IMG/VR virus record: IMGVR_UViG_3300042294_003246 | Strand: one strand, 5' to 3' | DNA: 64,000 nt | Source of the DNA: a virus | Lineage: Duplodnaviria; Caudoviricetes | In this document: one piece after another, positions 36,712 through 46,939 of the stretch | Numbering within the stretch: the first letter of the stretch is position 1 | Layout of the letters: each line of letters opens with the position of its first letter | Translations under genes and position numbers: made by a program | The notes under the pieces: model-generated | Told to the model about the DNA's origin: nothing | The model's database searches: none | What the model saw: the letters and a program-made list of their open reading frames with translations, nothing else

Positions 36712-37545
36712 ATGAAGAAATTTTTAGTTTATGAAATAAAAAACAACATTAATGGTAAATCTTATGTCGGACAATATAGTGGATTATCATTTGAAAAATA
36801 TTTTGGGAGTGGAAAGTTGATTAAGTTAGCCATAAAAAAATATGGGTTAGAAAATTTCTCTAAAACTATTTTAGAAGAGTGTTCTAATAAAGATGAGTTG
36901 AATGAAAAAGAAATTTTTTGGATTGATAAACTCAAAACAATTGCAAACGGCTATAATTTAACTGAAGGTGGCACTGGTGGAGATTTATCTGAATTTATTA
37001 AGTATGATGAGAATTGGGTTGAAAACCAAAGACTCTCAACAAAAAAGTATTGGGACAATATCAGTGATGATGAAAGAAAAAAAAGAAGTGAAAGTGTATC
37101 TGGCGAAAAAAATGGAATGTATGGTAAAGAAGGATTTTGGAAAGGTAAGAAAATACCTAAAGAAATTGTAAAAAAATCATTAGATAATAGAAGAAGTTAT
37201 GATAAAGAACAAAATCCTAATTGGAAGGGAGGTTTAACTTATGTCTATTGTGAATGTGGTAAAAGAATAGGTTACGGTCACACTCATTGTAATAAATGTA
37301 GACCAAGAAGTAATGACGATAATCCATTTTTTGGTAAACAACATTCGGAAGAAACTAAAAATAAGTTAAGTGAAATCAGAAAAGGAACTTATAATGGAGA
37401 ACAGAATATACCAATAATAATTGATGATGTTGAATACCGTTCTGCTGGTGAGGCATCCAAAATACTTAATCTACCTATGGCAACGATAAGATGGAGGGTT
37501 TTAAGTAAAAATAAAAAATTTGACAATTACAAATACAAAGATTAA
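36712..37545 (+). CDS. GIY-YIG homing endonuclease with NUMOD3 motif
   Basis: VYEIKN.INGKSYVGQ; GYNLTEGG; KQHSEETKNKLS. Confidence 0.88.
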   Translation: MKKFLVYEIKNNINGKSYVGQYSGLSFEKYFGSGKLIKLAIKKYGLENFSKTILEECSNKDELNEKEIFWIDKLKTIANGYNLTEGGTGGDLSEFIKYDENWVENQRLSTKKYWDNISDDERKKRSESVSGEKNGMYGKEGFWKGKKIPKEIVKKSLDNRRSYDKEQNPNWKGGLTYVYCECGKRIGYGHTHCNKCRPRSNDDNPFFGKQHSEETKNKLSEIRKGTYNGEQNIPIIIDDVEYRSAGEASKILNLPMATIRWRVLSKNKKFDNYKYKD

Positions 37546-37688
37546 AATTAAATTAATATGACACACCACAATGTTTGGTTTAAAAGATGGTTTAACCCCA
37601 CGCTAAGAAAGATATTCAAAGTTGAGATATGTTCTTTAATTGATGGTGAAACTGTGATTGGGTATGGAATAAGAAAATATAAAAAGTT

Positions 37689-38372
37689 ATGTTAGGATTA
37701 AGAAAGGTTGAACCTGGTAGATGGAGAAATGATTGGATGGAGTTTTACCCTGGATTCCATAAATGGAATTTAAGATACCTACCAAGTAATGGATTAAATT
37801 GGAAATTAGATTTTTGTTTTATTTGGGGTCAATTTTATATGACATTCAAAACAAACAAACCACCAAAATATAAGGATGAAAGACCAAAATATGGATTTTA
37901 TTTTTATTCGGTAGGTAGTTGGTTTCCTGATTCATTATGGATCCATAGAGGAACAAAAAAAATAAAATGTATTGATTTACCTTGGCAATATGATTGGGTA
38001 AGAACATCCAAATTTCTAAAAGATGGAACATGGGCACACCAAACCAAAAAAAATAAAATTGATTTTTATACTCCTGAATGGAAAGAAAAAATCCATAAAG
38101 AAACACATAAATACTATTACATTCACGACGATTTGTTCCAAGATACTGAGGCCACTTGTAAGTTAGAGGAAAGAGAATGGAGACCAAGAATGTTCAGGTG
38201 GACACGACTTTTTAGAAAAGTAAGACGAAGTATTGATGTTGATTTCAGTAATCCGATTGGGAAAGGTGTTGATTCATATAAAGGAGGAACTTATGGTGCG
38301 GGACACGACACTAATAAAGGTGAGACAATTAAACAATGTCTTAAAAGAATGATGAAAGAAAGAAAATTTTAA
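37689..38372 (+). CDS. Hypothetical aromatic-rich protein
   Basis: 227-aa ORF. Confidence 0.7.
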   Translation: MLGLRKVEPGRWRNDWMEFYPGFHKWNLRYLPSNGLNWKLDFCFIWGQFYMTFKTNKPPKYKDERPKYGFYFYSVGSWFPDSLWIHRGTKKIKCIDLPWQYDWVRTSKFLKDGTWAHQTKKNKIDFYTPEWKEKIHKETHKYYYIHDDLFQDTEATCKLEEREWRPRMFRWTRLFRKVRRSIDVDFSNPIGKGVDSYKGGTYGAGHDTNKGETIKQCLKRMMKERKF

Positions 38373-38388
38373 CAACAAAAAATAAATT

Positions 38389-38700
38389 ATGACAGGAAAA
38401 TACCTAATTACAACAGACAGATATTTTGTCGCACCTGACGGAAAAACTTATACCGCAGTTTGGGGTGATGTTAATATTTTAGAAGACTCCATTCTCGGAG
38501 TTAAAACGAACAGAAATAGTGCCAACTGGTATGCGATGGTTGGTAAAAATGGTAAAGAAATTACTATTGCGGGATGTCAAATATTTTACGCTATTAAGTG
38601 TGAGGAAAAACCATACACAGAAGACGTGGAAGATTGGACGGTTGATAATGGTAAGTTTGATACATACGTAAGACCAACTAAAATTTACATCGCAGAATAA
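38389..38700 (+). CDS. Hypothetical protein
   Basis: ORF. Confidence 0.7.
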   Translation: MTGKYLITTDRYFVAPDGKTYTAVWGDVNILEDSILGVKTNRNSANWYAMVGKNGKEITIAGCQIFYAIKCEEKPYTEDVEDWTVDNGKFDTYVRPTKIYIAE

Positions 38701-38727
38701 CACTCAACAATTAAAGTTTATTAAATT

Positions 38728-39276
38728 ATGAAAAAAAAAATTTCACAAGAAGAAATTCAAGAAATTGAAAGATTAACAGGGGGAAAAATTGGAACACATA
38801 CATTTGGACCAAACAACGAAAACACATTGGAAAATTCATTCTTATCGCCTGATGGAACATATATCGGTAGTATTGATGAAGCAAGATGGTATGTTAAAAA
38901 TAAAATGATGGTTGATGAAAATTATCCCCACGGAGTTGCTGCGGTTATTATCGAAGATACATATGGAACTGATAACCCTGTTATCGAAGGGATGTATGGA
39001 TACACTCACAGAGGTGGTAGTCTTTTCAAAATCGGAGATAGATTATTTGATGGGGATTATGAACCCGTTAAAGAAGATTACCCTGAAGAACAATGGAATG
39101 AATACGAAACAAAGTTCGCGGATTTATATCAAGAAGAAGATGAACTTGGTAGAAAATGGATGGATGAAGACGGAATATCTTATGTAATACCATTCAAATT
39201 AAGAGGATCAAAATTGATTGAAACAATGGAAGAAGCATTTGAAGCCGCTAAAAATATGTCAAATTATTTAAGTTAA
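38728..39276 (+). CDS. Hypothetical protein
   Basis: ORF. Confidence 0.7.
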   Translation: MKKKISQEEIQEIERLTGGKIGTHTFGPNNENTLENSFLSPDGTYIGSIDEARWYVKNKMMVDENYPHGVAAVIIEDTYGTDNPVIEGMYGYTHRGGSLFKIGDRLFDGDYEPVKEDYPEEQWNEYETKFADLYQEEDELGRKWMDEDGISYVIPFKLRGSKLIETMEEAFEAAKNMSNYLS

Positions 39277-39280
39277 TATT

Positions 39281-39718
39281 ATGAAAACAAAAGTATATTC
39301 AGCTTTCCCCGGTGTAGGGAAAACAACTTACTTCAATACAACAGATAGAAATGTATTGGATAGTGATAGTTCAAAGTTTGACAAGAAACATTTTCCTGAC
39401 AACTACATTGAACACATCGAAAGAAACGTAGAAGATCCAAAGGTTGATAAGATTCTTGTTTCATCACATAAAGATGTAAGAGATGCTCTATTAAAAAAAG
39501 GTATTCCATTCGTATTAGTTTATCCTGACAGAAGTCTAAAAGACGAATACATTCAACGATATAAAGAAAGAGGAAATAACGATTCGTTTGTTGACTTATT
39601 GGACAAAAATTGGGATAATTGGATGGACGAGATGGATCAAATGGAAGCACCTGAAGGTCAAACTTTATATAAGGTAAAATTAGGTCCGGGTCAATACTTA
39701 ACAGATGTAATAGATTAA
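39281..39718 (+). CDS. P-loop nucleotide-kinase-like protein
   Basis: SAFPGVGKT, DSDSS. Confidence 0.7.
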   Translation: MKTKVYSAFPGVGKTTYFNTTDRNVLDSDSSKFDKKHFPDNYIEHIERNVEDPKVDKILVSSHKDVRDALLKKGIPFVLVYPDRSLKDEYIQRYKERGNNDSFVDLLDKNWDNWMDEMDQMEAPEGQTLYKVKLGPGQYLTDVID

Positions 39719-39721
39719 AAA

Positions 39722-39958
39722 ATGAAAGAACAAAACGATTGGAATGATCCCATTTTATCAGATGGAGATTTTCCACAAGTAAACAAAACAAAATTCCAAG
39801 TAGGAGACAAGGCAGTAAAATTAAAAGGATATAAGTTTCCTTGCACCATCGTATCGGTATTTAAAACCGTAGAAGGAAATGTTAGAGTCGTAGGAGAAAT
39901 GGATGAACACGGACTTCTTCACATCTTCAACGAAGATCAATTAGAACGCACCAACTAA
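39722..39958 (+). CDS. Small SH3-like protein resembling the DfrB (R67) fold
   Basis: F.VGD...K..G...TIV...T..G...E.H...HIF...LER pattern. Confidence 0.4.
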   Translation: MKEQNDWNDPILSDGDFPQVNKTKFQVGDKAVKLKGYKFPCTIVSVFKTVEGNVRVVGEMDEHGLLHIFNEDQLERTN

Positions 39959-40171
39959 AATGAAAAATTTAAAAAAATATACAATCAAAGAAATTTTTAT
40001 TTCTGAGTTAGGTTATTTGATGGTGAAACTTTATAACAATGAAAAACAAGTTTTTACAACTTTAAATCTTGGTAATTGGAAAGACAATTTAAACTTTGAT
40101 TTATATAATATAAATCTTGATGAGGTGGGCAAAAAATAAAACAATCAATATTTATTATTAAAACAATAGAT

Positions 40172-41056
40172 ATGAAAGTTCTAAAATTAGGATCTAAAGG
40201 TAAAGAAGTTGAAGATTTACAAAAATATTTAAAAATTAAGGTTGATGGTGATTTTGGACCAAAAACCGAAGAGTCGGTTAAAAAATTCCAAAAAGAAAAT
40301 AAACTAACCGCCGATGGTGTTGTTGGTGAAAAAACATGGAATGCCATGGGATTTGGTATTACCACCGACCTTCAAGAAACGACATTATCAACAGAAAAAC
40401 TGATTATAGATCAAAAATTTTTAGATAAAGACGAATACCTGATAGGACCAACAAAAAAAGAATATTTGTTTTTACATCACACCGCAGGTGGAAACAACCC
40501 ATACCAAGTTATTACAATGTGGAATAACGATACAAGAGGACGAATTGGAACTGAGTTTGTTTTAGGAGGACAATCTGTTTTTAACGGAAATGAAACTTAT
40601 GATGGGACAATCGTTCAGGCATTTCCTGAAGGTTGTTATGGTTGGCACTTAGGAGATAATGGATCACAACACATGCACTCACACTCAGTTGGAATTGAGG
40701 TATGTAATTTTGGTCAAATTAAAAATGGTTTAACTTATACAGGACAAAAAGCTGACCCAAAACAAATTGTGGAACTTAAACAATCATTTAGAGGGTATAA
40801 GTTCTGGCATAGATATTCAGACAAACAAATTGAGACATTGAGATCTTTAATTTTACATATTGCAAATAGAGACAGCATCGACATTCGAAAAGGTTTAATT
40901 GAAGAAATCAAAAATAAAGGAGCTTTAGGTTTTGAATTTAATTCTGACGCATATTATGGTAGAGTAAAAGGAATGTGGACTCACACAAACACCAGAAAAG
41001 ATAAGTTCGACATGTTCCCCCAACAAGAACTTATTGATATGTTATTATCTTTGTAA
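40172..41056 (+). CDS. N-acetylmuramoyl-L-alanine amidase with N-terminal peptidoglycan-binding domain (endolysin)
   Basis: LKLGSKG..V..LQ..L...DGDFGPKT; LHHTAG, SVGIE, WTH.N.R.DK.D. Confidence 0.9.
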   Translation: MKVLKLGSKGKEVEDLQKYLKIKVDGDFGPKTEESVKKFQKENKLTADGVVGEKTWNAMGFGITTDLQETTLSTEKLIIDQKFLDKDEYLIGPTKKEYLFLHHTAGGNNPYQVITMWNNDTRGRIGTEFVLGGQSVFNGNETYDGTIVQAFPEGCYGWHLGDNGSQHMHSHSVGIEVCNFGQIKNGLTYTGQKADPKQIVELKQSFRGYKFWHRYSDKQIETLRSLILHIANRDSIDIRKGLIEEIKNKGALGFEFNSDAYYGRVKGMWTHTNTRKDKFDMFPQQELIDMLLSL

Positions 41057-41075
41057 TGTATTAAAAATATTATTT

Positions 41076-41103
41076 AAACCCCATCTCAACAGGTGGGGTT
41101 TTT
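41076..41103 (+). terminator. Intrinsic terminator
   Basis: AAACCCCATCTCAACAGGTGGGGTTTTT. Confidence 0.7.
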
Positions 41104-41179
41104 TGTTTTTACCTATTGACTATGATATTTATTTTTGTTAAAATTTATTAACAAATAAACCCTTAATAAAAGTCGAAAC

Positions 41180-41356
41180 ATGAAAAATGTATTTTTTGTA
41201 AGTTTGATGTTACTTGGGACTACACTTGGTGTTGTTTCTTGTGGTGAAAAAAAAGAAAACGAAACCACACAAGAAGCAAAATCTGAAGATTCAACAAAAA
41301 ATGTTGATACTCAAAGTGTAAAACAAGATACACTTGTGCTAGACAACCAGAAATAA
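41180..41356 (+). CDS. Small lipoprotein (58 aa)
   Basis: MKNVFFVSLMLLGTTLGVVSC lipobox; read manually. Confidence 0.65.
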   Translation: MKNVFFVSLMLLGTTLGVVSCGEKKENETTQEAKSEDSTKNVDTQSVKQDTLVLDNQK

Positions 41357-41452
41357 TAATATGTATCAATTTGGATATTATTTCTCCCCCATCCTGTAAG
41401 GTGGGGTTTTTTGTTTGACATTTGTATTTAAATTTGTTATTTTTGTTTTATT

Positions 41453-41776
41453 ATGACAGATCAAGAAATCATTAAATACGGAGAAATACAATACTTAAAG
41501 GGTAGGTTAGATGAACTATTCAAAGCTCTATCAACAATAACCAATATTGATAGAAAAAGAAGATTAGACCAACGAATTGAAAAATATTTCAACAAATTAA
41601 AAAAAGTTGATGAGGTTGCATTTCATTTATATCAAGTTGAGTTGGTAAACAGACAAAGGTCGAAAGAAAAGTCCAAGAACGAAATCAAAGACCTATTGGA
41701 ACAAATTCTAATTAATGAAAATATTACAAATGAAGATATTCTTGATAGAATTAAAAAACAAATAGATCTATACTGA
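41453..41776 (+). CDS. Hypothetical protein
   Basis: ORF. Confidence 0.65.
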   Translation: MTDQEIIKYGEIQYLKGRLDELFKALSTITNIDRKRRLDQRIEKYFNKLKKVDEVAFHLYQVELVNRQRSKEKSKNEIKDLLEQILINENITNEDILDRIKKQIDLY

Positions 41777-42009
41777 TGAAAACCAAAATACATGTGAATC
41801 AACATCACATTAGGTCTAATAAAACAAAGAATACCGATTTACCTGTTATAACAATCAAACAAGGTAGAAGAAACACATATTGTAATGAGGTTGAAATTCT
41901 CGGACCTAGTAGGATTGTTTATTGTGGAAGTGGCGATGAAAAACCACTATTAAGTTGTGGGGCAAGAGTCGTAATAGAAACTGAGAGTGAAATTAAAATA
42001 ATAAGTTGA
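41776..42009 (+). CDS. Conserved phage hypothetical
   Basis: IHVNQH.IRSN...PLLSCGARVVIET. Confidence 0.7.
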   Translation: MKTKIHVNQHHIRSNKTKNTDLPVITIKQGRRNTYCNEVEILGPSRIVYCGSGDEKPLLSCGARVVIETESEIKIIS

Positions 42010-42386
42010 TGAGCGATAAAAAACCTGATAATGTTTCTGATAACCCTGGTTTATTACCATATGGTAGTAATGTTGGTGCTCCGGCAATAAAGGTCACCAA
42101 TATGGAACATTGGAAGGAACCAAGAATTATAAATGTCAATCAACAATTTGAGGATAAATTTTTGGAACTCAAAGAGGAGTATGAAAAATTAATTGAAGAA
42201 TACAGATGGAATGAATTGGTTTACAAAGCAAATTTTAGTTTTGAACCGGTAATTGGTAAAGTTTATCACCTTTATTATTCCTCAGACGAAAAAATATTCT
42301 TATCTTTGATATCACCAAATGAATGGAATAAAAAATATATTGGGACTTTTAAATTTAATTATAATAATAAATGGACAAAACTATGA
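42006..42386 (+). CDS. DUF2452 family protein
   Basis: FEPVIGKVYHLY...FLSLISPNEW. Confidence 0.7.
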   Translation: MMSDKKPDNVSDNPGLLPYGSNVGAPAIKVTNMEHWKEPRIINVNQQFEDKFLELKEEYEKLIEEYRWNELVYKANFSFEPVIGKVYHLYYSSDEKIFLSLISPNEWNKKYIGTFKFNYNNKWTKL

Positions 42387-42577
42387 ATGCAAACAAAGAT
42401 TTTGAATTTGTGCTTAGAGTATTAAACTCAAGCGAAAACCGTGAACACATTAAAACTACAGATAAACTGTTTGAAAATTTCAAAAACAAGTGGAAACGAA
42501 ATATGGAATGTTATGAGCTTGTAGATTACATGTTCAAATATAAAGTAGAAAGAAAAAGAAATAAAAAAAATATATGA
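42371..42577 (+). CDS. Hypothetical protein
   Basis: ORF. Confidence 0.55.
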   Translation: MDKTMNANKDFEFVLRVLNSSENREHIKTTDKLFENFKNKWKRNMECYELVDYMFKYKVERKRNKKNI

Positions 42578-43266
42578 AACTTACAATAATTTCAGATACT
42601 CACAACAAACATAAACACGTTACCGGTGATTTACCGGGTGGTGACTTGTTAATTCATGCAGGAGACCTTAGTTCTATGGGTTATGAACACGAGATTCGTG
42701 AGTTCGCTAAGTGGTACAATGGGTTGGATAATTACACCAGTAAAGTTTTTATTGCTGGTAACCATGATTGGGGATTTCAAAACAATGTTGATAAAGTAAA
42801 AGAGATTGTTGGTTTCTATAATAATATAACTTATTTGGAAGATAGTTTTATGGGAATAATTGAAGGAGGGGAACCTGAAGTTAAAATTTGGGGTAGTCCT
42901 TGGCAACCTGTGTTTTATAATTGGGCATTTAATCTCCCACGAAATGGTGAGGAATTAAAGTCAAAATGGGATATGATACCTGAAGACATTGATATTCTAA
43001 TCACTCACGGTCCAGCTTGGGGGTTTTTGGATGATGTTGAAGGTCGTCGTGGACAACACTTGGGTTGTGAACTACTAACAGAACGAATTAAACAAATCAA
43101 ACCTAAAATTCATATCTGTGGACACATCCATAGTGGTTATGGACATTATTATGATGGACATACTCATTACTTCAACGCATCAGTATTGAATGAACGATAT
43201 CTTTATTCTCATTTACCTTGGAATATAGATTGGGATCCAATTACAAATGAGGTTAAGTTTTTATAA
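42574..43266 (+). CDS. Metallophosphoesterase (MPPED/239FB-like)
   Basis: ISDTH, HAGD, AGNHD, THGP, CGHIH. Confidence 0.9.
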   Translation: MKLTIISDTHNKHKHVTGDLPGGDLLIHAGDLSSMGYEHEIREFAKWYNGLDNYTSKVFIAGNHDWGFQNNVDKVKEIVGFYNNITYLEDSFMGIIEGGEPEVKIWGSPWQPVFYNWAFNLPRNGEELKSKWDMIPEDIDILITHGPAWGFLDDVEGRRGQHLGCELLTERIKQIKPKIHICGHIHSGYGHYYDGHTHYFNASVLNERYLYSHLPWNIDWDPITNEVKFL

Positions 43267-43306
43267 CTTAATCTCATTTTGATATATTTATAATAAAATA
43301 TATATT

Positions 43307-43819
43307 ATGAATAAGTTTGATTTAACCGAAAAATTGAAAGAAGAATTAAAAAAAAGAAATCTTTGGGAACAAGAAGATGATGAAGATAATGATGATAATG
43401 AGTCTGATGATAATCAAGATGACGAAGATTCAGACGAAGATTCAGAAAATCATAACGAAGATTTCTGTGAAATGGTTTGTCAGTTATTACACTCACAAAC
43501 ACAAATTCATATTTTCCATTTAGGGACCAAATCATATGCCGAACATAAAGCATTACAGGGTTATTACGAAGGTATTGATGCTTTAACTGATGGTCTAATT
43601 GAATCTTATCAGGGTAAATATGGTCTTTTAACAAATTACAAATCATATAAGAATCAATCATACAAAAACAAAAACCAAGTATTAAAATATTTTACAAGTT
43701 TATTAAATATGATTGAAGAAAAAAGAGAATCGGTTGAGGACTCTTACATCCAAAACCAAATTGATACGGTTCAAGAATTGATTTATTCAACAATGTATAA
43801 GTTGAAATTTCTTAACTAA
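43307..43819 (+). CDS. Ferritin-like DUF5856 protein with acidic N-terminal linker
   Basis: Q.HIFH..T.SYAEHKAL..YY....L.D.L.ESYQG.YG. Confidence 0.75.
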   Translation: MNKFDLTEKLKEELKKRNLWEQEDDEDNDDNESDDNQDDEDSDEDSENHNEDFCEMVCQLLHSQTQIHIFHLGTKSYAEHKALQGYYEGIDALTDGLIESYQGKYGLLTNYKSYKNQSYKNKNQVLKYFTSLLNMIEEKRESVEDSYIQNQIDTVQELIYSTMYKLKFLN

Positions 43820-44634
43820 TCTATTTCGTAAATATTATTTATTACATTCAGAGGATCTCCTTCACAATCACCTTCATAATTTCGGCATAGTTGGTCGACT
43901 TCAATCTTGTCGTCAACCTCACTGATATCAAGTAATATTGGTTCTGAATGATATATCATATTAACTTGATCATCGTTCAAGAATGTATCTACAGGTAATG
44001 ATTTAAGTTCAGGGTTCAAACCAAAAAAATCAATTTCATCTTCTGTATAGTATTCATCACTTGATTCATAGTCACCATTTCCATCACAATAATCACAATC
44101 AACTTGTCCATAACCATCACATCTATCACAGCCAAATTCACCTTTACCATCACACCAAGAACATTCAATTTCACCATTTCCTTGACAATCTGAACATGGT
44201 TCACCATCTACTTCACCAGATCCATCACAGTTTCTACATTCTTCAGTTCCATTTCCTGAACATCTATCACAATCTACATCACCACTACCATCACATGTGC
44301 TACAATATTCAGTTCCTGATCCATCACATTCATGACAAGTTATATCACGATAACCCAAATCTCTATAATGATACATTCCGATGTTTATAAGATTACCACG
44401 AACTTTAGAAAAAGAAGATTCAATATCTTTAGTTCGTGAAAAGAAGTAAACCATAAACGCGATCTCTACTTTTTCTATTCTTTTAACATTCTTCAAAAGA
44501 AGTTTCAATAGTTCATCACTATTGATATGACTCATAATTTGTTGAACATTCATATCATTATCACCATGTTCATCAACTAAATGATTATAAACTTGTTTTG
44601 TGAATACTTTATATTTTGAAGGTTGTAAGGACAT
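43816..44634 (-). CDS. Protein with DnaJ-type CxxCxGxG zinc-finger repeats
   Basis: Eight tandem CxxCxG[N/S/K/Y]G motifs; no J-domain HPD. Confidence 0.75.
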   Translation of the reverse strand: MSLQPSKYKVFTKQVYNHLVDEHGDNDMNVQQIMSHINSDELLKLLLKNVKRIEKVEIAFMVYFFSRTKDIESSFSKVRGNLINIGMYHYRDLGYRDITCHECDGSGTEYCSTCDGSGDVDCDRCSGNGTEECRNCDGSGEVDGEPCSDCQGNGEIECSWCDGKGEFGCDRCDGYGQVDCDYCDGNGDYESSDEYYTEDEIDFFGLNPELKSLPVDTFLNDDQVNMIYHSEPILLDISEVDDKIEVDQLCRNYEGDCEGDPLNVINNIYEID

Positions 44635-44656
44635 TATTTAGTTTTATAAATAAATA

Positions 44657-44956
44657 TTGTATTTTTTAGTTATGAACGAATATCCATCAATTAATAAAGA
44701 TTTATTTTTCTATTTGGTTAGACACAATAAAGTGTTTTTTCCTCCTAATTCTTTATTTAATTCTAATAAACCCCATGTTGTAGTAGAGGATAGGTTCTTT
44801 CAAATTGAGAATAATAAAAAGTATTTGAAAAGAAAGATCTATAATCTAATAGAACAAGAAAAACCAGAGTTAGTAGAGGGAAAAGAAAATATTTCAAAAA
44901 CTAATAAAACAATTAAGTATTTTTTACAAGAATCAAATAAAATTAAAAAACTATAA
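44657..44956 (+). CDS. Hypothetical protein
   Basis: ORF. Confidence 0.5.
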   Translation: MYFLVMNEYPSINKDLFFYLVRHNKVFFPPNSLFNSNKPHVVVEDRFFQIENNKKYLKRKIYNLIEQEKPELVEGKENISKTNKTIKYFLQESNKIKKL

Positions 44957-44960
44957 AATT

Positions 44961-45314
44961 ATGGCTCACCCGGTGCTTCACGCAAAATCAAATCAAAAAA
45001 AATTCGGAGGAAAATGGGAAGATTATATACATCTTCACGAATGGATGGATTCCACTAAATCGTGGTATGGACATTCATTACATAGAATGTGGAGACACCA
45101 CAGTGAAGGTATATTTGAGGCGGAATCAAAATTTGGGGTTTATTTTACAAATTCTGACGGGAAAGTGGTTTATACAAGATACTGTTTGGAAAGTCATGTC
45201 AAAGAAGATTGTGATGGAATTATACCATCGGCATCAGATTGGATGAGAATTCTAATATCAGGTGAAAGACCAACTTGGGCGACAAGATCAAAAAAGTTAG
45301 AGTTTGAAGATTAA
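44961..45314 (+). CDS. DUF6915 family protein
   Basis: MAHP..HA.S..KKFGG..EDY..LH.WMD...HR..RHH. Confidence 0.75.
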   Translation: MAHPVLHAKSNQKKFGGKWEDYIHLHEWMDSTKSWYGHSLHRMWRHHSEGIFEAESKFGVYFTNSDGKVVYTRYCLESHVKEDCDGIIPSASDWMRILISGERPTWATRSKKLEFED

Positions 45315-45337
45315 AAGTATTTATAATAAAAGTTTAG

Positions 45338-46075
45338 ATGGAACTAACAGACAAACAAAAACATGATTTAAGAAGATTTTCTTTGATACTAAATTCCTTG
45401 AACATGGAAGATGGTGTAGAATGGGTATATAGACATTATGATGACTGGGAAAGTGATTATCCTGACGGACCTTATTATAGAAATAAAAATGTAAAAGGTG
45501 AATTAGATTTTTTACCAGGATCAATAGGACCTTTGTTTGATGAAATAAAAGAAAATTTTGATACTGATCTTTTTTATAATGATTACTACGACAATTACAC
45601 AGGAGGTCTTCAGATATTTGTAAACGCCGAAAAGAAAATGTTAATTGTGAAATATTATTATTACACAATGATCACAGAGGATAGCAGAATAGAAAGATCA
45701 TTCAAAGAATTATCTGAAACGACTAATCCATGGAGAAGGGGTGAAAGAGAATTAACCAAACTTACAAATGAAGACTTTTTAAACAGAATGAAAGAAGAAT
45801 ACGGTTCTTATGTTGAATTGAAATATGATGGTAGTGGTGATAGTGGGTGGATTGATGATAATGTAGATAGTGATAAAGGAAGTAAAGTTTCAACTAATCA
45901 ACTTGAAGATATTGCGTATGAGGCTTTAGAATTGTTTCATGCGGGATGGGAAATCAATGAAGGATCAAGCGGGACAATGACATTTAATTTTGAAAATCAA
46001 ACTTTTACTGTTGAACACTATCAAAATATTGAAGATGAAGCTGAAGACTTCTATAAATCTTTTTCCTTTGCTTAA
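45338..46075 (+). CDS. DUF6878-like protein
   Basis: YDGSGDSG...GWEINEGSSG. Confidence 0.65.
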   Translation: MELTDKQKHDLRRFSLILNSLNMEDGVEWVYRHYDDWESDYPDGPYYRNKNVKGELDFLPGSIGPLFDEIKENFDTDLFYNDYYDNYTGGLQIFVNAEKKMLIVKYYYYTMITEDSRIERSFKELSETTNPWRRGERELTKLTNEDFLNRMKEEYGSYVELKYDGSGDSGWIDDNVDSDKGSKVSTNQLEDIAYEALELFHAGWEINEGSSGTMTFNFENQTFTVEHYQNIEDEAEDFYKSFSFA

Positions 46076-46939
46076 ATGAACAAGTTAATTAAAGAAGAAA
46101 TACTAAGAATAAATGAGTTAATGAATACAAAAATTCTTAACGAATCGGAATATAAAGAATGCTCAAGATTTTCAGATTCTCCACAGAAATTACTTGTTTG
46201 TAGAAAAATCGCATCACTTAAAAGTTGGTTACACAAAGACGATGGATTTGGAATGAAAAATGTTATAAATAATAAAATTGAAGATTTAAAAACCGACATT
46301 CCTCAAAACTTAAAACAACAATTTATTCAAGGGGCAAACTTATTGTATTCACTAAATAAAATAAATGAAAGACAAAGGGATTACTTTATAGATAATAAAG
46401 TTAATTCAGCTAAATTGGTATACATAAACGGTGATTGGCAATTAATTAATAAGTTAAACACAAACTATTCTGATTTGGCAGAAATGTTAACAGATATGAT
46501 TTATAAAGGTGGAGATAGGGCTAGACCAATAATTCAAAATATTATTAGAGATCCTAAAGCTGCTTTGTCATCAATACAACCCAAAATAATAGAATTAGTT
46601 GATAAGTATTTTGAGGATCCTAATGTGTTAATTGACTATACAAAAAATATAGAAAGATCAACATCTATAGGTGAAATTGCTGAAAAACAAGTTGAAGATA
46701 AGTTAATCACAAAAGGTTTTACAACCGATTACGCTGGAGGTAATGGCGATCTAATCGATATGTCTTTTGGGACAGATTTAATCATGACATCACCGGAATA
46801 CGGGACAAAAACAATCCAAGTAAAAAATTCTGAAAAGGCTTGGAATAAGTCTGATGAATATCCTTACGTTGATTGGGTTATAATTTCAAACCCTTTTACC
46901 ATTTATGATAATAAAACAAAGGAAGTTGTTGAATTATGA
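46076..46939 (+). CDS. Hypothetical protein, possible PD-(D/E)xK nuclease C-terminus
   Basis: D...GTDL...IQVK. Confidence 0.45.
   Translation: MNKLIKEEILRINELMNTKILNESEYKECSRFSDSPQKLLVCRKIASLKSWLHKDDGFGMKNVINNKIEDLKTDIPQNLKQQFIQGANLLYSLNKINERQRDYFIDNKVNSAKLVYINGDWQLINKLNTNYSDLAEMLTDMIYKGGDRARPIIQNIIRDPKAALSSIQPKIIELVDKYFEDPNVLIDYTKNIERSTSIGEIAEKQVEDKLITKGFTTDYAGGNGDLIDMSFGTDLIMTSPEYGTKTIQVKNSEKAWNKSDEYPYVDWVIISNPFTIYDNKTKEVVEL

Noticed and set aside
43350-43460. GAT/GAA/AAT-rich low-complexity tract
   Set aside because: Encodes an acidic linker; no fixed unit.
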